Shown here: piece by piece, positions 43,617 to 55,102 of the stretch
How positions within the stretch are numbered: position 1 is the first letter of the stretch
Layout of the letters: each line of letters opens with the position of its first letter
Origin: the human T2T-CHM13v2.0 reference genome, Homo sapiens
Assembly (NCBI RefSeq): GCF_009914755.1
Contig: NC_060928.1
DNA: 64,000 bases
Reading direction: 5' to 3' (one strand)
Made by a program: the position numbers and the translations under genes
Notes under the pieces: generated by a model
Seen by the model: the letters and a program-made list of their open reading frames with translations, nothing else
Told to the model about the DNA's origin: nothing
Database searches by the model: none

Positions 43617-44771
43617 CAGGGGTGGATCAGGTTTTGTGGAATCCAACCCTTAGCCAATCTGAGGAGCCTCCTTAAAAAAGAAATACAAAATTAGAAGTGA
43701 ACATTAATATTTATTTAAAATGAAAAAAATCACAACAAATTACAAACTGAAAAAATGACAAATGCTACATTACAAAAACCACTTACTACCTTTACTAATT
43801 AATTGCCTGATATGCCTCTGTAGTACTTTTTAGCTTTTTTTTTTTGGAAAGGGAGGAAATACTATTTTATCACCTCTTTATGTATTAATGATTTTATTAT
43901 GTTATTGATAACAAAATTTTCAGTAGAGAAATAATGACATTTAGTTATTTCTCTAACATAGTTCATCACATTTTGTTTCCCTTAAAATCTGTAGTTTTTT
44001 ACACACTTGCTATTTGTAGTATTTCTACTAGTGTGTGTTCTACAAACACAGAAATCTTAAAAATTATATTTCTTGTAACTGCCCTAAAAATATGTGTGGA
44101 TAATGTGTATTTGTGTATTCTCCATTATCAAGTATAATCCTAGCAGAATCTTTCTTAACTAGGTGTTGATGAACTGAATTACCCAATCACAACATCATAC
44201 AGCAGTGATTAGAATTTTCCACAAACCACCTTCTGGCTGCAAATAGTCCAAACCTTGTTTTTCCTCTTCTACCCACATATTTCCAGTGTCGGGGCTGTAG
44301 CAGGCCTCATATCACAGTGTGGCTTCTGTCCCACACCTTTGGGTCACAACACCACATGAGTCAACACAGTGACTACTATGGGGTAGTAGGATGATCCTTG
44401 GAAGCCTTTTTTAAACTGGAACAACTTGCAATAACTTTACCGTATCTGAAAATGACTGACAAATCTAATGATTCCATTACACCCAAACTAAATGTATCTC
44501 CAACTCAGCTTTCTCTAAGCTGGATTCTCAAAATGCCTTTGTCCAGTCCATTAACAACCAACACAAGGGGAAATACAATAAAGGGAAATACAAACTGGAA
44601 AGAAGCAGCAGTCTTAAACAATAGCTGTTAAAATCTTACTTTTGCAATGTAATTTAAAGATATGACCATGTGAACACATTGCCTGAACTCCTCCCAGGGT
44701 CGTGTAAGGGACTTATGCACGTAAAGGTCTCAATACCAAGCTCAGAGAGCTTCACAGTCAATCTACCTCTG
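43617..44771 (-). mobile_element. Zaphod/MER115-like hAT-Tip100 deletion derivative
   Basis: Termini caggggtggatc / aatctacctctg; atatgaccatgtgaacacattgc matches the recalled Zaphod 5' end in reverse complement. Confidence 0.65.
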
Positions 44772-45529
44772 CCCATTTGATCCTCACAATCCCCACATTA
44801 GACAGAGTTCCCTGGTTGTGTGCAACAGAAAAAACTCTGGGTCAGCAGGAAGGCATTTACTGGAAACATATCAGTCCCCAGAACAGAAGGAAAAGCTGAA
44901 AAAACATTTCTCTGAAAGCAGCTCTTGGATCCAGGAAGCGAAAACACATCAGTGGGCTTTTCAGATTTTCCCCCTTAGGATAAGTGGGATTCAAATGTTT
45001 TTCAGCCACTGCTTCAATAGTTCAAAAATGTGATTCCAGGGACATAATAAGCATGGCTCATGGGCCCACCCCCTTGTCCAGGGAGGAGATGGGTGGCTTA
45101 ATTGACATTTCCACCAAGACTGGGTCCAATGGGAAGAGGCCTGGTTACCCAACACTGGATCAGGTGCTGCTATCAGAATAAGGGGAACATGGAGCCAGCC
45201 TCTCACTCGGAGATAGTGAAGCCCACAGTCTTCTCTGCTATGAGAAGCTCATCAGCCAAAAAGCCTAATCAAAACTGAGTGTGTGCCAGCCGGCAGCATT
45301 GCTCCCTCCAGGTGGTTCTCAGTAAGGAGTCTTGTAATAGGAGGTCTAAGTCATAATGACATTTGCTTTCTGCAGCTAGGAGTTGCCTAAGCTCCTTGAA
45401 GCATGGCAGAGCTAACAGGGAGAGCCCTGGGATAAAAATCTTGCCAGGAGTTCCCACAGCTGGACCCAAACTAATGCTTTTTCCAAGTGCAGAACAGCAA
45501 AATCTGAGTTGTGGCTATCATTGGCAATG

Positions 45530-45702
45530 GTTGTCAAACAACAGCATGCACTAGAGTCCCTGGAAGGGCTTCTTATGATGCCGATTGCTGTGCCCCATGA
45601 CTTCAGCAGGTCTAGGGTGGGATTTCAGACTCTGCATGTTTAACATGCTCCCAGAGGATGCTGAAGATGCTGGTCTGAGGACCACATCTTGGAACCTACT
45701 GG
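45530..45702. mobile_element. MER5A
   Basis: gcaggtctagggtggg...ctgcatgtttaaca...gctggtctgaggaccacat. Confidence 0.75.
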
Positions 45703-45878
45703 TTTTAGAGGCTTCTCTGTCTTCTCCACATGATTACTGCTAGGGATTCCACACCCTCTACCTGGCTCAGCTATCAAGGAGAAGCTTTCAAGGTTGGCAT
45801 CAAAGGATAAGCAGCATATCAAGTCATCCAACAACTGATCACTGGCTTTAAGACACGGCGTATAAGCTTCTGTACACA

Positions 45879-46097
45879 CCAGGGGTTCTCATTTTGGACC
45901 AGATAATTCTTTCACGTGAGCGGTGTCCTGTGCACTGTAGAATGTTTAGAAGCATCTCTGGCCTCTACCCTCTAGATGCCAGTAGTATCCTGTCCCTCTA
46001 CCCATGGCCAGCTGTGACAATCAAAACTGTCTCTAGACATTGCCAAATGTCACTTGGGGAGAGGGGGGAGCAAAATTGCCTCCAGTTGAGAACCACT
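45879..46097. mobile_element. MER20 (hAT-Charlie)
   Basis: ctgtgcactgtagaatgtttagaagcatctctggcctctaccctctagatgccagtag...ccagttgagaaccact. Confidence 0.88.
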
Positions 46098-46693
46098 AAG
46101 ATATATGAAAACCACTAATATGTATGAGAACATGCTTCTGCAGCATGAGTGGCTTCTAGGGGAGAGCATTCAAGATTTCTCCAGCTGGGCTCTATGCAGT
46201 CCCCTAGAGCAAACTGTAAGTTGACATAAATCATAATGATGCCTTTCCTTTGGCGCACACATTTTTAGGGCTATTTCACTTACTCAAGTTCTTCTGATTC
46301 CTGACCTGTGTGATTGGTACAACAAATATTACCATCTTCCCCATTTTAAGAATCTCATGGTTTGCTGACTGAGTGAGCTAGCCAGGCGCTCTGTTGTCTC
46401 TCTAAAACTCAGAAAGTCTCAAAGAGGTTTCAGATTTGCCCAAGTTTACACAGATAATAAATCTCGGAAAATGACCAGAATACATGCCTTCTAATTTCTA
46501 GGCTGATGATTTGTCCATCACATGATGCAATCTGCATTCATTCTATAAACATTTCATAAATAGCACCAGGTAACAGATTTTCATAATTTTTGATGGTCAA
46601 AAAGTCAGAAAAGACATGAAAACATTTGTTTGTACAGATGGTGGGCTTTGAAAATCCCAACCAGGGCCAATGAAATCTATGCATTACGGGTTA

Positions 46694-47005
<312 letters not shown>

Positions 47006-48387
47006 TAGTTCTAAAGCTCCTCCTAAGGACAAGTTGATAGCCATGGAGACTTCTTGGTATATAGGATCAGGTAAACCTAAAGTTCCCTCGGAAATGTACC
47101 TGATCAAGCCAATGAGATTCTTCTGATGGCTAGTCTAGGCCCTGTAGCCATAAGCAGAGCAGGGACACCTTGTCTCAGATTTATCCAAGTTACCTCTACC
47201 CTTTCTAATATGTCAAATAATATTTTCAGTGGATAACATCCAGGCCTAAGTCACCACCTATGTAACAATCTCTCTCTCTCTCTCTCTCTCTCACTCTCAC
47301 CCTGAATTTATTCCAGAGAGGAGTTGAAGCCAAAGCTCATAGTGAAACATCAAGCCACATAGAGAGTTCAATAAATGCTAGAAATTCAGGGTTAAGGCAT
47401 CTCCACATGTACACAGTATATTGCCACCTCCCATCATATCTACCAGCTTGCACTGCAGTGTGTGACTCTGGTTTGTTGGAATGAGTGGTTGGGCAAAGAC
47501 AAACCCCCAGGGGCAACATGTATCCACATGAAATATTTTTCCTATTACTTTAATTTAGCCTCCCTGCCTTTCTAATTTCCTTGTTTACTGTCCTAAAGAG
47601 AAAGCAATATCCCCTTGAGTTTGAGCATACAACATGTCAAGAAACTACAGACAAGAACAAACCCAGGAAATTAAGAAGATAGCCCAGTAAAATGTAAGTA
47701 TGGGAAACAACCCATAGCCTTTATGTTTTTATGCTAATTTGAAAGCATCCCTAGTAAGGGGGTGTGTGTGTGTGTGTGTGACCATTATCAGGGTCTTACT
47801 AGTGAGAAGACTAATAAATGCAACACAATTTGTCCGGTTTTCAAAGCTGGTTGTCATTTATGTCTTCTGCCTCTTAGGCTCAAAAAAACCTTTCAATATG
47901 AAGTTAACATGGTTGAGGGTTGCTGAGTGAGCCAGCAGGGCTATCCCAGAGAGGGCAACGGACTTCACTCAGTGAGATCAAAACAGAGTTCTTGGCTGGA
48001 AAGAACCCCCTAAATAAGCCTTAAAGTAAACTAATAATGAAAGCTTGGATTCCGCCAATCCCACCCTCCCTCTCAGTGTGAGATCGTCACAACGTTCCAG
48101 CATGCTGTTGGAGGCTCTGGTGATGCCAGGCAGATGGAGTTACAAAAATAATCGCCCAGCCAGAATGCTCACTGCCATGTGGCAATGAATTCATGTCATG
48201 ACTGCACATGCCCGAGTGATTTCACCATCCAAACAAGATGAAGTTACTCTAATGGCTCCCACTAGCTCCATACGGCCTCTCGATGTTCTATTCCCTGCAG
48301 TGGGATTTTCTTTGGTCTTATTTCTTGCTGTGAAATTTATTAAGAGGAAGAAAGGGAATAATAATGAAACACAAAACCCTTACTTAC

Positions 48388-48414
48388 CCGAGTCTGTCTG
48401 AAGAAAAGGAAATT
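48388..48414 (-). CDS. Candidate 27-nt microexon of an unidentified minus-strand host gene (readings NFLFFRQTR, xFPFLQTDSx or xISFSSDRLG)
   Basis: The minus strand reads ggtctttctttccatatattttccatAG|aatttccttttcttcagacagactcgg|GTAAGT: long pyrimidine tract, consensus donor, length a multiple of 3, no stop in any frame, non-repeat context. Confidence 0.45.
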
Positions 48415-49967
48415 CTATGGAAAATATATGGAAAGAAAGACCAAATGAAACTGTAGCACCTTTTCAGTCTTTGACCACATCTTCAATAAAATAAGAACTT
48501 CTTGAACTAAAATTTTATGACTCTATTTTGTTCTGGGTATATTGTGTGTTTCCGTTAATACTTTTGAAGATGGTTGTGTCAACATGTATAGAGATTTGGG
48601 GTGATTAATAATATCAATTTCATAAAAAATATTCAAATAATTGAATAGAAAGTTAAAAGCATGGGTATTGGGTTATCTGTTTGTTACTTTCTAGCTGTGG
48701 AAGCTTGGGCAAATTACTTAACAGCTCCACTTCATTTTTCTCATCTTTAAACTAGCCATAAAAATGATAGTCTTGTTGAGTTTTATGAAAATTCTATATG
48801 TAAAGGGAAAACTAAAGCATGTTATCAAAAGTTGGTGAAAAAAAGTAGGGATGTAGAGTTATAAAGGTAACTATTAGAAACTAAAATTGTTAGTATAAAC
48901 ATCAAGCTTTAGGAGGGCAGGAGGAAGAGGTATAGTGTGTGAGAACTTAATCCTCATTTTTTTATTGAAAAATTAACAAAATGTCATTTGTAGGTGATAG
49001 GTTTAAAAATGGAAAGTATATAAATATTAACTAAATTTAGTGCAAACTACCAGAAAAGCAAAGGACAGCAATGTTAAAGGTTGATTCTGGGGAGTGGGGC
49101 AGGGATGAGTGAGTGTTGTATGCACGACTATTACTTTTTATCATAGTCTCTTCCGTATTCTTTGATTTGCTTCCAAATGCAAATATATGCTTCTATTTAA
49201 TAAAAAATAAAGCATCTTAAAATTAATAAGAATTAAAAACATAAAGGTTTACATTAAAATAATACTGTGAAAAAATTAACAAATTGTTTCTTTCTTTTTT
49301 TACAAGTCTAATATTTTATTAATTGTACAATATAAGAAAACTTTTCAATCATTTTTGATGTGTTATAATTAACCATAGCACATAATTTAAAATATTAATC
49401 GAATATGAGGGAAAATACTTCCATCAGATATACATCCACTTATTGACTACCATTTGATGTCTAGGGAGACATATTTCTTCAGATCTATTTTGAAGCATAT
49501 TTAATATACATTGATTCAGGGAAGCACAAATATAACTATTTCAGTAAACGTAATACACATAGTTATGCAACATTATCTTAAAAAATTGTCTTTTTCTCTA
49601 GGCAAGAGAAACTTTTCCAATTATCCTTTAAATTTATAGTCTTAAAACAAGACAAAGTGTTTATTATCTAATGTTGTAATAGTACAGGTATATTATAGGT
49701 ACATGAGTAGGAGGATGTGATCTGGAACCAGGCTGCATAGCTTCAAAACTTAGCCCCCTATGTGTTTCTGAACAAGCTATTTAGACTCTCTTAGAAACAG
49801 TTTTCTTTTCTGTAAAATGAAAATAATATTGACTACCTAATAGAGTTTTCATGAGAATTAAATATATTTAATACCTGAAAGCTCCTAAAACATTGCCTCT
49901 CCCTATGCCATTGGCAAGTATCAATAAATGTTAGCTATTATTATTACTACCCACTATTTTCAGCAAA

Positions 49968-51626
49968 ATTTATTTTTTTATTTTTTTAAATTATACTTTA
50001 AGTTCTAGGGTACATGTGCACAACGTACATGTTTGTTACATATGTATACATGTGCCTTGTTGGTTTGCTGCACCCATTAACTCGTCATTTACATTAGATA
50101 TTTCTCCTAATGCTGTCCCTCCCCTATCTCCTCACCCTACAACAGGCCCCAATGTGTTATGTTCCCCGCCCTGTGTCCCAGTGTTCTGATTTTTCTTTTC
50201 TTTTTTTTTTTAAAGTTTTTTTTTTTCTTTTATTATTATACTTTAAGTTTTAGGGTACATGTGCACAATGTGCAGGTTAGTTACATATGTATACATGTGC
50301 CATGCTGGTGTGCTGCACCCACTAACTTGTCATCTAGCATTAGGTATATCTCCCAATGCTATCCCTCCCCCCTCCCCCCACCCCACAACAGTCCCCAGAG
50401 TGTGATGTTCCCCTTCCTGTGTCCATGTGATCTCATTGTTCCGTTCCCACCTATGAGTGAGAATATGCGGTGTTTGGTTTTTTGTTCTTGCGATAGTTTA
50501 CTGAGAATGATGATTTCTAATTTCATCCATGTCCCTACAAAGGACAAGAACTCATCATTTTTTATGGCTGCATAGTATTCCATGGTGGATATGTGCCACA
50601 TTTTCTTAATCCAGTCTATCATTGTTGGACATTTGGGTTGGTTCCAAGTCTTTGCTATTGTGAATAGTGCCGCAATAAACATACATGTGCATGTGTCTTT
50701 ATAGCAGCATGGTTTATAGTCCTTTGGGTATATACCCAGTAATGGGATGGCTGGGTCAAATGGTATTTCAAGTTCTAGATCCCTGAGGAATCGCCACACT
50801 GACTTCCACAATGGTTGAACTAGTTTACAGTAACACCAACAGTGTAAAAGTGTTCCTATTTCTCCACATCCTCTCCAGCACCTGTTGTTTCCTGACTTTT
50901 TAATGATTGCCATTCTAACTGGTGTGAGATGGTATCTCATTGTGGTTTTGATTTGCATTTCTCTGATGGCCAGTGATGATGAGCATTTTCTCATGTGTTT
51001 TTTGGCTGCATAAATGTCTTCTTTTGAGAAGTGTCTGTTCATGTCCTTTGCCCACTTGTTGATGGGGTTGTTTGTTTTTTTCTTGTAAATTTGCAATTGC
51101 CACCTATGAGTGAGAACACGCGGTGTTTAGTTTTCTGTCATTGCAATAGTTCGCTCAGAATAACGGTTTCCAGCTTCATCCATGTCGCTAAAAAGGACAT
51201 GAATTAATCTTTTTTATGGCTGCATAGTATTCCATGGTGTATATGTGCCACATTTTCTTAATCCAGTCTATCACTGATGGACATTTGGGTTGGTTCCAAG
51301 TATTTGCTATGGTGAATAGTGCCACAATAAACATATGTGTGCATGTGTCTTTATAGTAGCATGATTTATAATCCTTTGGGTATATACCCAGTAATGGGAT
51401 CGCTGGGTCAAATGGTATTTCTAGCTCTAGATCCTTGAGGAACCGCCACACTGTCTTCCACAATGGTTGAACTAGTTTACACTCCCACCAACAGTGTAAA
51501 ACCATTCTTATTTCTCCACATCCTTTCCAGCACCTGTTGTTTCCTGACTTTTTAATGATTGCCATTCTAACTGTTGTGAGATGGTATCTCATTGTGGTTT
51601 TCATTTACATTTCTCTGATGACCAGT
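49968..51626 (-). mobile_element. L1PA6-like 3' fragment, split by a younger L1
   Basis: gttccccgccctgtgtcc diagnostic; pieces 49968-50189 and 51094-51626 are colinear. Confidence 0.88.
50190..51093 (-). mobile_element. Young L1PA2/L1PA3 3' fragment
   Basis: Open ORF2 C-terminus (ORF 50359-51096); 3'UTR ggagatatacctaatgctagatgacaagttagtggg. Confidence 0.92.
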
Positions 51627-52445
51627 AGTCCTAAGCTGAGCCAGAGTACATGGGGACTCTAAACGCTCACCCTTCCAACATTCACCCTGTGTGCAGTTTC
51701 TGTGGGTACCTGGGGTGAGAAGCCAGCTTAGTATGTGTGCCCCAGGCCTATACCCTGGGAACACAGAAGACAAAAAAATCTAGAAGATATTTCTCTGGAG
51801 TAATTTCTGGGCCATTTTGGGATCCACATATAATAGCTGAATGGGAAATGAGGGAAGGGGCATGCTGCCATTGCTTTGAGGAATTCCGTAAGGCCCCAGC
51901 TCAGGAAGCGCCAGAGCCTGGAGGAGGATGGTAATGGGGTGGGGGGCAGGATTTACTGTTTGGTGAGCAGTGGAAGTCACACTCTAAAGTGGGAAAATGA
52001 TGCTCCCATGGAGGGTAGAACCACAGTGGCACGTTCCGGAGGGCTCACAGGCCACAGTTGGGTACATGGGACACAGCCCTGCATTACCTGAAATATTTGG
52101 GACAACTTTAAGGGTGGTGTTGAAGTTCTGAAGGTTTGTAGATAGGGCTCTGAAATAACAAAATTTAAGAAACCGTTTTAACATGACCCCATTAGTGTCC
52201 AGAGGCCTGATGAAAGGTGTATTTCATAAGTACTCCTGACTGAGATAATTATGGAAGCTGAAGCTTGTTCTTCATCCTTCCAACTACAGATGGATTTATA
52301 TCATCTAATGATGGTTTAAGAGTGCACCTGCCTAGAGACGTTGCTGGACAATAACTTCCCAAATTCACTAATAGTTTCTGTTACTATAATTATGTGGCAA
52401 CTTCTCCTTTTAAAATGTCTCACAGCCTGTCTTTAAAATGTTGTT

Positions 52446-52760
52446 GGCTGGGCATGGTGGCTCATGCCTGTAATCTTAGCACTTTGGGAAGCTGAGGCAG
52501 GTGGATCATGAGGTCAAGAGATCAAGATCATCCTGGCCAGCATGGTGAAACCCCATATCTACTAAAAATACAAAAATTAGCTGGGCATGGTGGCGTGTGC
52601 CTGTAGTCCCAGTTACTCAGGAGGCTGAGGCAGGAAAATCACTTGAACCCAGCCATGAGGCAGAGGTTGTAGTGAGCCGAGATCATGCCACTGCACTCCA
52701 GCCTCGCAACAGAGCAAGGCTCTGTCTCAAAAAAAAAAAATAAAAATAAAATAAAACAAA
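52446..52760 (+). mobile_element. AluSc-like
   Basis: ggatcatgaggtcaagagatc diagnostic; TSD taaaatgttgtt / taaaatattatt. Confidence 0.92.
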
Positions 52761-53261
52761 ATAAAATATTATTGTTCCTGTGTGTGTTAAGTATAAAATG
52801 TTTGACAATTATCCAGTCAATAATTGTAGTAAAACTATATATATATATATATAACTAATAATTATAGTAAGGCTATACATATCAAGAATCCACAATGCAT
52901 GCCTACATTTTAAACGTCTTAAAATATGACCTAAACTTTGAATTGCCCTATATATTTATCAAAGTACTCGGGGAATTCTAACAAAATATTTGTTAAGGCA
53001 GAAAAGCTATAGTATGTCATTTCAGGAGATGAGAAATCTGATCTCATTGATAGAAAATATTATAAATTGCATTTTAAATTTCTTAATACCTATTAAAAAT
53101 AAGGAAGTTATGCTTATTTTATTATTATCATTTGGATATATGACAAATTCCCTCAGAGATATGCAGATCAAGTTTGAAGTATATATATTTCAGAAAAAAA
53201 AAGATTATGTGGCCTTAAGTAAGTTATTTAACCTGTCTTAGCCCCAGTTACCTAAACTAGG

Positions 53262-53914
53262 CATTCATTTATTCATTTATTTGTTCATTCAACAGATATT
53301 GATTGGTTCCTACTGTGTGCTGAGGACTATTTTGAGTATCCTCAGTGAGTACTGAGTACTGAGGATATACTGAGTACTGATGATACAGTCTTTCAAGAAA
53401 GACAAGCTCCTTACTCTCATGGAGTTGACATTTCCAATAGGAAAGAGAGACAATTAAAATATTGAAAATTCAATAAATCAAAAATAATGCCTGCTATTGA
53501 ATAATACTAATAGCTCTTTCTGGCATCCAGATCACAGCTAAAATGTCACCCCCTTAGAAGAACTCCTTGTCCATTCAATCCTTCCCTTTGTATTTAATCT
53601 AACTACATTTGACTCAATACAAATAGAAGGATTGAATGACAAGAAAAAGCAAGCCATGAAAATGTTAGGGGAAGAGCATTTGAAATGGAGAGAATTAAAT
53701 CTACAAAGCTACTTCAATGGAGGAGAGCTTGGTGTGTTCAAGAATGAAAGAAAAATTCTGCCTGGCTGGAGCCTGATAAGGAGAGAAGAGTGTGGTGCTG
53801 GAGTTGGCTGGCTGGATAGGTAGATAAAGGAGAATTTGAAAGACTATGATAAAAGAAATTAATTAATTTAAAAAATAAAACCATTAGAGGCTTTATTCTG
53901 AATGTCATGGAAAG
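53262..53914 (-). mobile_element. L2 3' region with an internally inverted segment (~53510-53600)
   Basis: cattcatttattcattt...caacagatatt end; ctcatggagttgacatt; ggggaagagcatt; the middle segment reads as plus-strand L2 (cagctaaaatgtcacccccttag). Confidence 0.7.
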
Positions 53915-55102
53915 TTTACATTGTGTAACAAATTAAAGATTGCTGCAAAAGATTTGATGTTTGTCACAAAGCCATTTCTTAATCTTATCATCCTTTGCCA
54001 TTAGAAGAAGCTGAGAATTTTCAGAACCTCCAAGTCCAGGCTCCTTTTGTTTAAAAGTCCTTCTTTAATCTTATCTCTTTCCTCTTGCTTTTTAATGTAA
54101 GCAGGAAGAAGAAATCGGGAGTCACTTTCAACACTCTGCTTGCAAATCTGTCTTAACTAGGAAACCTAGCCCATTAGGCACATTTTCTGCTTTCTACATT
54201 ATCAGCCAGGCATGATGGCTCACACCTATAGTCGTAGCACTTTGGGAGGCCAAGGCGGGAAGGTCACTTGAGCTTAGGAGTTCGAGGTTACGGTGAGCTA
54301 TGATTCCACCACTGTACTCCAGCCTGGGTGACAGATACATTAGCACAGTTTAGTGTTGCTAAACTTTCTGTCCCTATATGCAAAGATGATCCTCTGTCCT
54401 CTAACTTCCCATACCATTTTCTTGTTGAGTCTTCACCAGTACCTCTTTGAAAGCCATTGGGCTTCTGCTAACAGTCAAAACACCTTACGCTTTCACTAAC
54501 ACACTTTCTTAAAAGTTCTTTCTACTTCCACCCACTGCTGGATTCCAAAGCTACTCCCACAGTTTAAGTTTTTGTTATGGTAGCACCCAGTGTTCAGGTA
54601 CTAACATCTATATTGCCATGTAACAAATTGTCCCAAAACTTAGAGGCATAAAGCAACAATTATTTTTAATTTCTGAGAGTCAGGATCCTGGGAATAGTTT
54701 AGCTGGGTGGTGTTACCTTGAGTAACTCATGAAGTTTTAATCGAGGTGTTAGCTAGTAGGGTGGTAGTCATCTGAAAGCTTGACTGAAACTAAAGTATCC
54801 AATTCCAAGATGTTTCATGTAAATAGCTGGCAAGTCTGTGTTGCTGGTTCACCATGATTGGTTGTCATGCAGCCCTCTCCATAGGGCTGCTTGAGTGTCA
54901 TGACCTGACAGCTAGCTTCTTTCAGAGTGTGTGACATAGGAAGACCAAGACTAAAGTCACAATGTCTTTAATGTTTGAGCACTGAAATTTTCACATAATG
55001 AGTTCTATGATATCCTAGTGTTTGTACAGTTCCAACCCATTGAGGGCAGGATGGGAATACACAAGGGCATGAATACAAGGAGGCAGATATTGGGATCATC
55101 TT
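53915..55102 (-). mobile_element. MLT1F-type MaLR internal fragment plus LTR (LTR ~54605-55102)
   Basis: tttgttatggtagcacccag...caggtac internal/LTR junction; LTR tgtaacaaattgtcccaaaacttag...gggcatgaatacaaggagg. Confidence 0.75.
54205..54336 (+). mobile_element. Tail-less Alu monomer (left/right arm hybrid or FRAM/FAM-like)
   Basis: Left-arm start joined to right-arm gaggttacggtgagctatgat...gggtgacaga; flanks tacattatca / tacattagca. Confidence 0.75.

Noticed and set aside
47065-47105. Inverted repeat gatcaggta...tacctgatc
   Set aside because: A 9-bp arm with no other support.
50359-51096. Longest ORF in the window (245 aa)
   Set aside because: It is the LINE-1 ORF2 C-terminus reading into the 3'UTR of a truncated copy, not a host gene.
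51610-51626. L1PA6 truncation point nearly coincides with the inversion point of the L1PA2/3 at 23930 (tctgatg(g/a)ccagt)
   Set aside because: Two events are too few to infer a reverse-transcription pause hotspot.
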